From a virus (lineage: Duplodnaviria; Caudoviricetes), in the IMG/VR virus record IMGVR_UViG_3300037153_000557, positions 1 through 55,007 of that record: a DNA stretch of 55,007 bases; one strand, given 5' to 3'. Position numbers and translations under genes: made by a program. The notes beneath the pieces were generated by a model. It searched no databases and was not told where the DNA came from. It worked only from the letters and a program-made list of their open reading frames with translations. Below are positions 10,454 to 20,088 of this stretch, piece by piece (within the stretch, counting starts at the first letter, position 1; every line of letters starts with the position of its first letter).

Positions 10454-11809
10454 ATGCCAAATACACCTTTTGATATGTCTGTTAATAAAATACAAGTGGT
10501 GAAAGTGTATGATCCAAATATGAATTTTATTGATGTTATACGTGATGCTCCTTATCTCAAATGCAAAGAGAATATCAGTGCTGCCGCCGATACGGTAAAA
10601 ATCACTCTCCCAAGACCGATAGACGCTTTTGATGGAGCCGGTCAACCTGGTTCTATGAATACGATTGTCAAAGGCAATATTGTCCAGTGGTGGCTCTATG
10701 GAGCGGGACTCCCCACAACAGGATTGCTCAAATACCAAGGTATTATCGATGAGGTGGCCCCTACCTTGGATGAGGGCGGGGCGGAAAGTGTGGATGTTAC
10801 TGTTACCCCGTTCAGTCAAATCTTAGGTGACCATGGGGTAGACAGTACCGCTATCACATTTGGAACCTCAGGCAGTAGTGGCACCTATATCGATACAGGC
10901 GCAATTTTTCGGGCATTCTTTACCGGAAGCTACGTGGATCGGAGTGGGAATACTATTTCTGTTCTTGATCCAGTAACGAGCAAGCCCTATGGATACCCCT
11001 ATACGATGGACCCTGCTAGTCTGGTCAGCACTGGACAATTCGTACAATTCTCTTCCCAAAGTCAAAAACTTATTTCTATATTTAATGCTCTATTAGCTCT
11101 ATCTACATCTGTCTATTTTTATCGGATGAATCAGAATAAAACAGCCTTTTTAGGAGCTGTTCCGTCTAAACCAACTCACACACTCTTGCTCGGCCAGCAC
11201 ATTTCATCTATTCAATACAGTGAGAGCAATGTGCCGCGCAAGAATGTGATTAACATCATCGGCAACGGCGTGTCCGCAAAAGCTACGGGAACCTCAGCAG
11301 ATCCTGGCCAACTCGGACCACGGGTCTACTACAAGAGCGATAACCGCATTACCGATCAGAACACAGCCAATAATCTGGCCGCTGGTATCCTCTCCATTCT
11401 TGATCAAGAGACGATCCGAGCAAAAATCACCGTGCCTGACTATCGAGGAAGTCCTCAATCAGGTCGTGGCTACGATATCGAAACATTCAAGGTCGGAGAC
11501 ACGCTGAAGATCGTTGATGCGCGAGCACCTGGCACCTCTTCAGTAGGCGCAGGCTCGAAATGGGGAAAAATGGTTTGGGGATCAGGCAAATGGGGAGCAC
11601 CGACGACTCAGACCATCTGGGGAGGCTTCTTATGGGGGCAAGCATTATGGTCAGCAAGCGTGGGAAGCATTTTCAATACAGTTGTGACTATTGTGTCCAT
11701 TCAATATGACTACTTTAGTGTAACGCTAGAGTTAGGAGCAAGACAGCCAAGTTTGAGTAGAGCCTTATTCGATATTGAATTACGTATGCAAGATGCAACA
11801 TTAGTTTGA
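10454..11809 (+). CDS. tail tip / baseplate hub (Tal-like) protein
   Basis: RBS AAGGAGGT before ATG 10454; follows Dit; FKVGDT..I and VTLELG motifs; WG-repeat insert. Confidence 0.65.
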   Translation: MPNTPFDMSVNKIQVVKVYDPNMNFIDVIRDAPYLKCKENISAAADTVKITLPRPIDAFDGAGQPGSMNTIVKGNIVQWWLYGAGLPTTGLLKYQGIIDEVAPTLDEGGAESVDVTVTPFSQILGDHGVDSTAITFGTSGSSGTYIDTGAIFRAFFTGSYVDRSGNTISVLDPVTSKPYGYPYTMDPASLVSTGQFVQFSSQSQKLISIFNALLALSTSVYFYRMNQNKTAFLGAVPSKPTHTLLLGQHISSIQYSESNVPRKNVINIIGNGVSAKATGTSADPGQLGPRVYYKSDNRITDQNTANNLAAGILSILDQETIRAKITVPDYRGSPQSGRGYDIETFKVGDTLKIVDARAPGTSSVGAGSKWGKMVWGSGKWGAPTTQTIWGGFLWGQALWSASVGSIFNTVVTIVSIQYDYFSVTLELGARQPSLSRALFDIELRMQDATLV

Positions 11810-11821
11810 AAAGGAGTAGAT

Positions 11822-12601
11822 ATGCCTAGTGGTATTTTTGGAGCAACGGTTACTACGCTGACGAACGGAACGACAGCAAATGCCTTAACAATCTGGGGCC
11901 TTTAGGGAGTAATCCCTATCGAACAACCTCTCTGGAGTCGGTAAACCTCCCAACTGGAATAAGTGGACAATACCGAGCGAAGCTACACAAAGATGTGAAC
12001 GGCACGTGTAACGACTGAGCGAGAGGCTCCTATCAGAGACGATGGGATGGATCTACAGTCTGAGCTCAGCAGGAATGTTGAGAGAGTAACAGAAATGTCT
12101 ACTCCTGCATGTGATACATGTAAGTAACAAAATATTGCAGATGTAATGGCTAGCTTGAATAGCTTGAAAAGTAATGGTGTCAATAATGACGGCGCACTTA
12201 TTCAAACCGATGGGAGCGGAAACATTATCACTCCAGTTGGGAGATTACGCGGTTTCTTTTTCACCACACCTTTTGCGCATTCTAGCAACGGTACACTCAA
12301 TAGCGGAAATACCGTCAATTTCACAGCCTGGGGAAACGGCGGCGTCCCATCGGGTGCCATTGGCATTTTTGTCAACGCATTCTTTACGCCAAGTGCGGCA
12401 GGAACGTTTGCCACATTCACGCCACACGGGACCGTGTGGAGCAATGGCAACTATCCTGCTGTGGGGACCGCATTTAACAGTACAAATATCTGCATGGGAT
12501 CATTCATTTTACCATTAGATGCATCGGGAAAATTTGACGTGAAAGCAAACAGTGGCAACTGTGTCGGTTTTTACATCCAAATGTATGGGTATGTCCTGTA
12601 G
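11822..12601 (+). CDS. short tail-fibre/receptor-binding-type protein, intron-split (exons 11822-11885 and 12138-12601; 175 aa)
   Basis: RBS AAGGAG. Splicing restores ...TLTNGTTANA-S-DVMASLNSL..., a typical fibre N-terminal anchor motif. Confidence 0.8.
11886..12137 (+). ncRNA. group I self-splicing intron, 252 nt, no homing endonuclease
   Basis: P1 GCCU/GGGC with U-G at the 5' splice site; P10 AUCUG/CAGAU; P3 CCUCUC/GAGAGG; P7 GACUG/CAGUC; terminal G at 12137; removal restores the reading frame. Confidence 0.88.
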
Positions 12602-12788
12602 CTTACCATGTGTGAATTTGCGCATACTCTGACTCATTGTCCAGTGTTTCAGGTGACAAACGAATTACTTTAAGGAGAGCAGATAAAATGTAACGAACGA
12701 CCTTCATAATAGGATTCCTTTCCAAAGGAAATACATCTTTCATATCAGAACGAGCATATAAAGCAATAGTAACAGAAGGAGGAATGAA

Positions 12789-13292
12789 TTGAGCGGCTTT
12801 GGTAGTACGCCAACGACAACGACAGAATCGCCTTTATCTGCTAATCAGGTTTTTATTGGCAGTGTGGCTACTCCTGACACGCCTAATGGGGACTTGACAG
12901 CATTAGAAGGTGGTCCTATATCTACTGACTCTAATGGCAACAAGACCGCACCTGCTTCGCTGTATATCAAGGATGGCAACGATGTCACACAAGGCGCAAA
13001 AGCTGATACAGCTAGCACAGATGCGACAACAGCTAACACCAAGATGTCCTTTCTCAAAGGGCTCGTTAAAATTTTTGCTGACATCTGGGATAGCACCAAC
13101 CATCGAATACATGTGGATGGATCGGGAGTCACACAGCCTGTAAGCGGCTCGGTATCAGTCAACACGATCTCGAATTATGCTACTCAGTCAGCAAATCCAG
13201 GCACAGCTATCTTTGATGTATGTGTCGAGATCACCATAGGATCGGAGGTGTATGATCCACAACCAAGCCGAATACAAATTAGGAAGATTTAA
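12789..13292 (+). CDS. virion-associated / fibre-like protein, possibly truncated
   Basis: RBS AAGGAGG, TTG start; Thr/Ser-rich with a VDGSGVTQPVSG unit. Confidence 0.5.
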   Translation: MSGFGSTPTTTTESPLSANQVFIGSVATPDTPNGDLTALEGGPISTDSNGNKTAPASLYIKDGNDVTQGAKADTASTDATTANTKMSFLKGLVKIFADIWDSTNHRIHVDGSGVTQPVSGSVSVNTISNYATQSANPGTAIFDVCVEITIGSEVYDPQPSRIQIRKI

Positions 13293-13302
13293 GGAGGTTT
13301 CA

Positions 13303-14256
13303 ATGGCCCAATTCCCGGGAGCAAAAGACAAATTTGTTGACAGGGATCGTGTCTGGATCAACCAGAATGACCAGGCAACGATCGTCATTCACGGAACGGG
13401 GGGCAATCCCAATCAAACAGCCGATCAACTCGGGGACTACTTTGAGACAACGCCTCTCATGACTTCAGTCCACTACGGAATTGATCGGGCAGGCAATATT
13501 GATCAATATGTCCTTGAGCAAGATGGGTGCGCAGGAGAAGGCATCCTTGACCCTGGCCACGATCCGTTCTGGGATCAATACGCGCCGAATCCCAACTGGC
13601 ACAGTCTTGGAGTCGAAACAGAGAACGACCAGACAAACAGTCTTCCACTCACCGATCCGCAAAAGCAGACGCTGTTCAGATTGGTCAAGCACTGGGTCGA
13701 CAAATACGGCATTCCACTTTCGCACATTAAAGGACATTTTAGCTTAGAACCCGTAGAACGACACAATTGTCCAGGACCTAACTTTCCCTGGCAAGAACTC
13801 TTTGCTTACTTGAATGGAGGAACTATGCAAATACCAACCGGATGGACCGACGATGGAACGACACTCAAAGGACCCAACGGGATACCTGTCGTTCTTGGTT
13901 TCAGAGACCACGTCCTCAACTCAAATTGGGACCCAGCTAACTGGCCTTTGGAACCTGAGAAGCACCTGACTGGCCTAGAGATGAGCAATCCCACACTTGG
14001 TGATGGGCAATCTCAAATCTTCCGATGGAAGCGACTCGAATACACGCCCAAGATGGGCGTCTTTGAGGGCTGGTTAGGGCAGGAATTGCTCTGGTATCAG
14101 CAGGAAGTCAAGCAGCTTGAGACTGAAATAGCTACGCTCACACAACCAGCCCAGCTCTTAGAGCAGCTTAACGGCCTGATCGCGCAAGCTAGTACAGCCA
14201 ATGCTCAAATCGGCTCGGTGCTTACACAGGCTGCTAAGCTTACCACACTGCAATAA
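13303..14256 (+). CDS. endolysin, N-acetylmuramoyl-L-alanine amidase (Amidase_2-like)
   Basis: IVIHGT, SVHYGID, SLGVE, IKGH and CPG zinc-amidase motifs; RBS AAGGAGG. Confidence 0.88.
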   Translation: MAQFPGAKDKFVDRDRVWINQNDQATIVIHGTGGNPNQTADQLGDYFETTPLMTSVHYGIDRAGNIDQYVLEQDGCAGEGILDPGHDPFWDQYAPNPNWHSLGVETENDQTNSLPLTDPQKQTLFRLVKHWVDKYGIPLSHIKGHFSLEPVERHNCPGPNFPWQELFAYLNGGTMQIPTGWTDDGTTLKGPNGIPVVLGFRDHVLNSNWDPANWPLEPEKHLTGLEMSNPTLGDGQSQIFRWKRLEYTPKMGVFEGWLGQELLWYQQEVKQLETEIATLTQPAQLLEQLNGLIAQASTANAQIGSVLTQAAKLTTLQ

Positions 14257-14262
14257 AAAAGA

Positions 14263-14577
14263 TTGGATGTATCTAATGTGGAAAGAGATCCGCGTGTAGA
14301 TAAACATGACGTGCTGCTTGACAAGCTTGTTGAGCAGCAAATTAGACTTGAGGAAATGTTGAAGGTTCAAATCCGACGTGCTGATATCCAAGATGAAGCA
14401 CTCAAGAAGAAGAGCGAAACTGATGCTCAAAAGGAGATTGAAGCAGCAAAGAAGGAAATTGAGCTTGCAAAAACACTGGCGACCATTGGGCAATCCATGA
14501 CCATGATCAAATGGGCGGCAGGACTGATCGGCACAACGCTGCTTTTAAACTTTCTCGAACACTTTTTGCCAAAATGA
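14263..14577 (+). CDS. coiled-coil protein with C-terminal TM helix (lysis cassette)
   Basis: C-terminal hydrophobic helix; position. Confidence 0.5.
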   Translation: MDVSNVERDPRVDKHDVLLDKLVEQQIRLEEMLKVQIRRADIQDEALKKKSETDAQKEIEAAKKEIELAKTLATIGQSMTMIKWAAGLIGTTLLLNFLEHFLPK

Positions 14578-14587
14578 AGGAGGTGAG

Positions 14588-14896
14588 ATGCTGACCATTT
14601 CCTACATCGATATTCTGCAAATCATATTTTGCCTAGCTGGTATTATACTACCTCAATTCTCAGCTAAATCAAAATATGCAGGTGCTATAGTTATCGCAAC
14701 CATGTTTCTCGTCTCGTTTGCCGGCGCATGGGTTGTTCATGCACTTGATCCTAAGCAAACCTTTAGTGCAGTGAACGCTCGTTTGTTCTCACTTATAGGC
14801 ATATCGCACATTGTTTTCATCTCAGTACAGTCATCCATGTATTGGAAGCTCATATTCCAAAGAGTCGGCTTTTACAAGAAAGAAGAGGAGCCATGA
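14588..14896 (+). CDS. membrane protein, about 3 TM (holin-like)
   Basis: RBS AAGGAGGTG; hydrophobic helices; charged tail. Confidence 0.55.
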   Translation: MLTISYIDILQIIFCLAGIILPQFSAKSKYAGAIVIATMFLVSFAGAWVVHALDPKQTFSAVNARLFSLIGISHIVFISVQSSMYWKLIFQRVGFYKKEEEP

Positions 14897-15270
14897 ACGA
14901 ACAAATCACTCTTGCACTCATTCCCTATGTCGTTCCATCCGTCCTGGGACTGATCGTCTACATCTATCATCAGGTCTGGCAGCGCACGCCCGAGAAGCAA
15001 CGCCATGCCCTTGAGCAACTTGCCACTCCCATTGTGCAGATGGTCGAGCAGCAGTACAAAGATGCCACTCCACAGCAAAAGAAAGAGGCGGCGCTGCATG
15101 CCATCTCGCTCGCATTTACCGCGTTCAATTTGCCAGAGCCAGATGACGCGGTCATTAACGCTTTCATCGAGTCGGCTGTCTTTGAGATGAATCGACTTCG
15201 ATCAGCTAATCCGGTCACACAACCTTTACCCCAAATTACACGTACATCTCAACTCAAGAAAGGTAATTAA
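14893..15270 (+). CDS. holin, LL-H-like
   Basis: N-terminal TM, then VQMVEQ..KKEAA..IESAVFEM pattern. Confidence 0.7.
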   Translation: MNEQITLALIPYVVPSVLGLIVYIYHQVWQRTPEKQRHALEQLATPIVQMVEQQYKDATPQQKKEAALHAISLAFTAFNLPEPDDAVINAFIESAVFEMNRLRSANPVTQPLPQITRTSQLKKGN

Positions 15271-15273
15271 AGC

Positions 15274-16005
15274 ATGAAGCTTGGAAAATTAGCACCCAAA
15301 CACGACCCACGTACTTTGCACTTAGCCAACTACCTCAACATAGGCAAACTGCCACCCGTCCCAGCGCAAAAGGATTGGAGTGGCAAGGTACTCGCGTGGG
15401 GGATGCTACGCAATGATACGCTAGGTGACTGCACCTGCGCCGCTGCCGGCCATATGATCATGGAATGGACAGCCAATGCCAGTACTGAGATTTATCCCTC
15501 TGATACTGCTATCGTGGCCGCTTATAGTGCGGTATCGGGCTATGATCCACTGACAGGAGACAATGACAACGGGGCGGTTGAAGTTGACGTCTTGAATTAC
15601 TGGCGCAAGACCGGGATAGCCAATCATAAGATAGACGCCTACGTTGCCTGTGAGCCACGAAATCACAGCCATGTCAAAGCCGCCGTGTATCTCTTTGGGG
15701 GATGCTATATCGGGCTCGCCTTGCCTCTCTCAGCGCGAAACCAGGATATCTGGAGCGTGGTCGGAGGGCCAAACTCACGGCCCAATTCATGGGGAGGTCA
15801 CGCTGTAAACATTTGTGCGTTTGATGAGCACTATTTGACTTGTGTCACATGGGGCGCATTAAAGAAGATGAGTTGGGCCTTTTGGGATAAATACTGCGAC
15901 GAATCGTATGCCCTTCTTTCTCAAGATTTCATCTCAAATGGCATAGCACCAAACTCAATTGATTGGAAGTCCTTACAACAGGATTTGAGCAAGGTAGCAC
16001 GTTGA
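15274..16005 (+). CDS. papain-like (C1-type) cysteine peptidase
   Basis: GDCTCA (Cys), WGGHAV (His) and TWG motifs. Confidence 0.7.
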   Translation: MKLGKLAPKHDPRTLHLANYLNIGKLPPVPAQKDWSGKVLAWGMLRNDTLGDCTCAAAGHMIMEWTANASTEIYPSDTAIVAAYSAVSGYDPLTGDNDNGAVEVDVLNYWRKTGIANHKIDAYVACEPRNHSHVKAAVYLFGGCYIGLALPLSARNQDIWSVVGGPNSRPNSWGGHAVNICAFDEHYLTCVTWGALKKMSWAFWDKYCDESYALLSQDFISNGIAPNSIDWKSLQQDLSKVAR

Positions 16006-16030
16006 CTTGAGTAGTCTTGTAGCTTAGAAT
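16002..16030 (+). promoter_or_regulatory. sigma70-type promoter
   Basis: TTGACT-N17-TAGAAT. Confidence 0.65.
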
Positions 16031-16127
16031 TGAGATATGCCAACCCGCTGTAGACATGAAATGGGAGTAGTGTCTATTGCCAAGCGTAATTTAATCGCGG
16101 GTTGGCACTCCACTTTTGAGGTGCCCT

Positions 16128-16445
16128 ATGCTACTCAGAAATCCGCAACCAGATCCTGATCTTCGGCGCAAATTCAACGAAACAGAAACGATCAAAGAAC
16201 TACCAGCCGCGCCCAAATCCACAAGTCTTCACCCGAGCTGGTATCAACAGTCTGTGGCGCCTCCACCCGCAAACAATTGGCATGAAAGCTTACCTAAGCC
16301 TCAACAGCTACCAATATTCAGAGAGCCGATAGACCTAGAAAAGTGGGCGGCACGACTCACGTGGGCATGCTTCATTCTGTTTGGGGTTCTGCTCACAGTG
16401 ATATTTATGGGGAAGATGTTGGCAATGGCCTGGGCCCTGAAATGA
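16128..16445 (+). CDS. Pro-rich protein with C-terminal TM helix
   Basis: RBS GAGGT; own promoter. Confidence 0.55.
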   Translation: MLLRNPQPDPDLRRKFNETETIKELPAAPKSTSLHPSWYQQSVAPPPANNWHESLPKPQQLPIFREPIDLEKWAARLTWACFILFGVLLTVIFMGKMLAMAWALK

Positions 16446-16472
16446 AAAACCCCGAGATGGTTACTCGGGGCC
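16445..16472 (-). terminator. intrinsic terminator
   Basis: CCCCGAG/CTCGGGG stem with T-tract on the minus strand, between convergent genes. Confidence 0.65.
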
Positions 16473-16476
16473 TAGG

Positions 16477-16776
16477 CTACTCTTTGGCTTTCTTTTTGGC
16501 TCTCTTCTTGCTCTTGATATATCGATGAATGCTGTCAATGAGGACGAGATCAGCCAGACGCATGTAATCCTCTTCTTGTGGCTCTTTATTTGGAGGATAA
16601 GCAATACTGTGATTGTGGACAAGAGCATCCCGTGATGCATCTTTGAACTCTTGCCACATGCTTTCTGGCATATGGAAAAGAAACCACTTTGCATCAGGTA
16701 CATCAGGGGCCTTGACGACTTTGAGACGGGGACGCCCGGCACCAGGCCGAGCACCACCACGATTGCTATTGCTCAT
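16477..16776 (-). CDS. small DNA-binding protein
   Basis: RGGARPGAGRP motif, basic tail. Confidence 0.6.
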   Translation of the reverse strand: MSNSNRGGARPGAGRPRLKVVKAPDVPDAKWFLFHMPESMWQEFKDASRDALVHNHSIAYPPNKEPQEEDYMRLADLVLIDSIHRYIKSKKRAKKKAKE

Positions 16777-17014
16777 TGCATTCTATCCCACTTGGACTAT
16801 GAATCACACGCTCGTATCCAACGGTTTTGATTTCCGTTTTAATTGAGCATTCCTTGCCTTGCTTGGCATAGTACTCTACGTTCCTCTGTGCTATATCGAT
16901 ACTGGAGACAGCCCATTTCTTGCCATCCATGACATTATAGATAATTTCTTCCTGCTGAGACTCCATGATAGGCATATCTATTCCACTAAAGGTATGACCA
17001 ACATTCCAACTCAT
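16766..17014 (-). CDS. hypothetical protein
   Basis: RBS-preceded ORF in leftward operon. Confidence 0.55.
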   Translation of the reverse strand: MSWNVGHTFSGIDMPIMESQQEEIIYNVMDGKKWAVSSIDIAQRNVEYYAKQGKECSIKTEIKTVGYERVIHSPSGIECNEQ

Positions 17015-17029
17015 TTTGAAACTCGCTTT

Positions 17030-17662
17030 CTATGCTACTAACTCGACTTTTGTATACCATCCTGATTTCATATTTGGAGCAAGATCATCAAGCTCATTGA
17101 CTTCTTTCTGAGAAACATAGTTTGGCTTTTCGGCTACTCGATACTGGAGACTACCACTCCAGACAATCTCTCCAATCTCGTGCTTTTCATCGAGAATGAA
17201 TATCGTCTTCTTCTTAGCATTGGCACGCTCTCTGACCTCTCTCTCAGCACCTAGCTGATCAAGATATTCACTTTTGCCGCCTTGACGACGGATATCTACC
17301 TCATCCTCAAAAGATCCAAAGAGATCATCATCGTCTTCCACGACTCTATTAATTTTCTCTATTGCGCCATTTCGCTTCATACATGCCTTTGCATCCTCTA
17401 AGCTTGCATGAATGCATGGAACAAAAGCTCCGGAGACTTTTTGAAGCATGGCCTTACCACGCATCTTGCAATGGAATTTACTGGACTCCTCTACAATTTC
17501 ATAACCATTTTGATATACAGGTACCATCGTTTTCTCCTTCGCAATGGCAGCTTTCCGCTGTCTAGCAGGAACTACCTTGAGGACTCCTTTCACCTTGCGG
17601 ACTGTAAGGCCTTCTTTGATTTGTAGTTCCGCTACCAGCGGATTAACTTTGCGTACTGCCAT
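17030..17662 (-). CDS. hypothetical protein
   Basis: RBS AAGGAG; upstream promoter TTGACA-N17-CATAAT at about 17708-17737 (minus). Confidence 0.6.
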   Translation of the reverse strand: MAVRKVNPLVAELQIKEGLTVRKVKGVLKVVPARQRKAAIAKEKTMVPVYQNGYEIVEESSKFHCKMRGKAMLQKVSGAFVPCIHASLEDAKACMKRNGAIEKINRVVEDDDDLFGSFEDEVDIRRQGGKSEYLDQLGAEREVRERANAKKKTIFILDEKHEIGEIVWSGSLQYRVAEKPNYVSQKEVNELDDLAPNMKSGWYTKVELVA

Positions 17663-17827
17663 TGTCTTTCTCCTTGTTTTCCTTTCGAGATCTCCTCTCG
17701 ACATTTGAATTATGCCATATTTTCAAACGGATGTCAAGCTTATTTGCAATGAATTTTAGCAGTTTTTCAAAGTTGGTCTAATCAAAAAAAGAAGGTCGTT
17801 CAGACCTTCGTGCTCTCTCGCTCGTTC

Positions 17828-18310
17828 TTACCTGATCCACGCATCTTTTGCTATGCCCCGTGCCATGATGCAGTAGTCAGGAAAGCGTATAGTAGCATCA
17901 TAGGAATACGGGATGTACATATCGCCATTAAACGTGCAATAGCCACCAAACCTTCGACTCACCGGATCAAGCGTAAGGTACCGGAAAGCCGAAAGGACCA
18001 GCTCAGCAGGAAACTCACCAGATAAAAATCGATACTCGCGAATGGCCTCGTCGCATAAGTCGAGCAGGCCTCGGTCCTTGGCTGCTTTCTTGAGGTATGG
18101 CCTGCCTTGCTTATCCAGTAGCAAAAGGCGTTCTGTGACCTTGGAGACGCGAATAGGGACCGTTGGCATGTCGTCAATGGATATCTCATCAGTGGTTCGC
18201 TCCAGTCGTACAGGCTGCCACGGCTTTCTCACGCTTCTCAGCTTGCCGGTATTGCGACGGTTCCACGCGCGCACGTACATACCTGGAACATATCTCTCTT
18301 GCTGCATCAT
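17828..18310 (-). CDS. hypothetical protein
   Basis: RBS; downstream terminator at about 17784-17809. Confidence 0.55.
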   Translation of the reverse strand: MMQQERYVPGMYVRAWNRRNTGKLRSVRKPWQPVRLERTTDEISIDDMPTVPIRVSKVTERLLLLDKQGRPYLKKAAKDRGLLDLCDEAIREYRFLSGEFPAELVLSAFRYLTLDPVSRRFGGYCTFNGDMYIPYSYDATIRFPDYCIMARGIAKDAWIR

Positions 18311-18555
18311 TGCATCCTTCCTGCTTTTTAAGCATGAATTACAAATTAGACAGAATTGTTGAAAAGATTATAGCACAGGAAAGAGCAATTTTGTTGAGCT
18401 TGATCTCATCCGACACAATAAATACAGAGTCAATGAACCAAGACTCTTTGGAGAAAATCTCACGTGACTGGCAGCGGCACGTAAAATCGCTGCTTCTTTA
18501 TGTTTGCAGGCAACAAAAAAGACCTCCGAAGAGGCCTTGGTGGGATGAGATGGGA

Positions 18556-18765
18556 TTAATCTAGATCATACGACTCCAGATAGCACCCTGGCAGTTTCCT
18601 TTCCTGCCAGAGGCGGTATAGATCGCCCGCCTTCCTTTGAGGATCTTCACCTTCGTACTCCACATAGGTGTTTTCGCGTGTCTCGGCTGTTAGACCGAGA
18701 CTTTTAAAGCGAGACTTTAACATCTGGACCTTCTGCTTATCTTCGCAACTAAAACAGATATACAT
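18556..18765 (-). CDS. hypothetical protein
   Basis: RBS; downstream UUCG terminator at about 18515-18537. Confidence 0.5.
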   Translation of the reverse strand: MYICFSCEDKQKVQMLKSRFKSLGLTAETRENTYVEYEGEDPQRKAGDLYRLWQERKLPGCYLESYDLD

Positions 18766-18788
18766 TTTTCCCTTCTTTCTCTTTCTAA

Positions 18789-19190
18789 TTAAACTAACTC
18801 TACATGCCGACGTACGATAGTATCGACCCATACTTTATTTAATGCAGGATGGCCGTGGCGACCATCTGGGCAAAAGCCACAGTCTTTCCCTGTAGTATGA
18901 AAATCCATTCCAAACAGGATTTCCATAGCTTGATATGCTTGTGTGACCTCTGGGGAACCAAGCACTTGTACTAGCAGATGCTTGACGCCTCTTGCTCGTT
19001 GAGAAGCAAAGGGAGCAGTATCCATATCCAGCTTCTCAACATTGACATTCAAGTACCAATCTGGTACCGCCTCATCTAGCAACTCTGCTCCACGTGATAC
19101 TTTTGCGTGGAGATCAAGTCGGTCTCGAACACAACTATCACATTTGCACTTGTTCTCGTAATATGGACCTGCCAGAAAATTATGCCCCAT
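18789..19190 (-). CDS. hypothetical protein
   Basis: RBS AAAGGA; 133 aa. Confidence 0.55.
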   Translation of the reverse strand: MGHNFLAGPYYENKCKCDSCVRDRLDLHAKVSRGAELLDEAVPDWYLNVNVEKLDMDTAPFASQRARGVKHLLVQVLGSPEVTQAYQAMEILFGMDFHTTGKDCGFCPDGRHGHPALNKVWVDTIVRRHVELV

Positions 19191-19202
19191 GTTTTATTCC
19201 TT

Positions 19203-19433
19203 TCAAAGAAAGATTGCATTATCAAAATTGATTTTGTGCTTAATCCGCTCATCAATAGCAGATTGTGCAATGTCACGCGCTACAGCTCTGATTTGATCTA
19301 AATCAGGTTCTTGGCCAGTCTGGAGACAAATCATCTCTCGAAACCACCTCAACCGATCATCGGAAAGCGTGAAACTAATCACAACACGCCTCTCTTCATC
19401 CTTTTTCTTAGGATATGGACGCTTACTCACCAA
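19203..19433 (-). CDS. putative ribbon-helix-helix regulator
   Basis: VVISFTLS strand then two helices; promoter TTGACA-N18-TATAAT upstream. Confidence 0.5.
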   Translation of the reverse strand: MVSKRPYPKKKDEERRVVISFTLSDDRLRWFREMICLQTGQEPDLDQIRAVARDIAQSAIDERIKHKINFDNAIFL

Positions 19434-19604
19434 TCACCTCCTTCATTCGATCTAGTCAGATTATACTGCATTGCAATATTGAATGTCAATGATTTTGAGA
19501 CCAATTTCCGCAAACCCATGATCTCGCTCATGCCTGTATTGCAGCTTTGTGGTGAGCAAAAGAAAAGCCCTCCTGAGTGAGAGGGCTGGTTGGTGGACGC
19601 GCTA

Positions 19605-20057
19605 CTAGGCTTTATAAATGTGTCTGCCAAGCACTTGGCTAGCAACCTCATAGGCCTTGTTGATCTTGGCCATCTTCTCATTATTACCGCCCGCGTCTGG
19701 ATGATGCATCTTGGCAAGTTTGCGGTAAGCCTCTTTGAGCTTCTCATTTGTCAGACCGTGAGCAGACAAGCCAAGCACCTGCAAGGCCTCTTGCTCGCGC
19801 AATGGTGTGCAGGCAGGCGAGACACCTGCCTGTTGAAAATTCTGCAGTCTCTCTTCGATCTGTTTTAGTCGCTCTTGCGCCCTAGCTATTTCATCCTCGG
19901 TTGCTGCCATGTCCCGTGTCCGATTAATCGGCCTTTGGAGAATTCTGGTGAGGACCTGAGCCTGTTTCTTTTGGTTTTCATAGCGTTCTTGAAGATATTC
20001 AATCTTGTCAAGAGTGCGACGCTTTTCATTGATCGTGAATTGCAACAGTGCTTCCAT
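19605..20057 (-). CDS. coiled-coil plus C-terminal J-domain (DnaJ-like) protein
   Basis: ALQVLGL..LKEAYRKLAKMHHPD.GG..KMAKINKAYE. Confidence 0.85.
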   Translation of the reverse strand: MEALLQFTINEKRRTLDKIEYLQERYENQKKQAQVLTRILQRPINRTRDMAATEDEIARAQERLKQIEERLQNFQQAGVSPACTPLREQEALQVLGLSAHGLTNEKLKEAYRKLAKMHHPDAGGNNEKMAKINKAYEVASQVLGRHIYKA

Positions 20058-20088
20058 AGGATCACCTCCTTTCGTTTGTTCGCTGGTT

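Noticed and set aside
12672-12780. RBS plus ATG-TAA minigene, or a second intron
   Set aside because: No P7/P3 core and only about 90 nt; cannot be distinguished from chance or gene decay
16442-16528. 28-aa hydrophobic peptide as a toxin
   Set aside because: It is the antisense of the Lys-rich tail of 16477-16776 and overlaps the terminator
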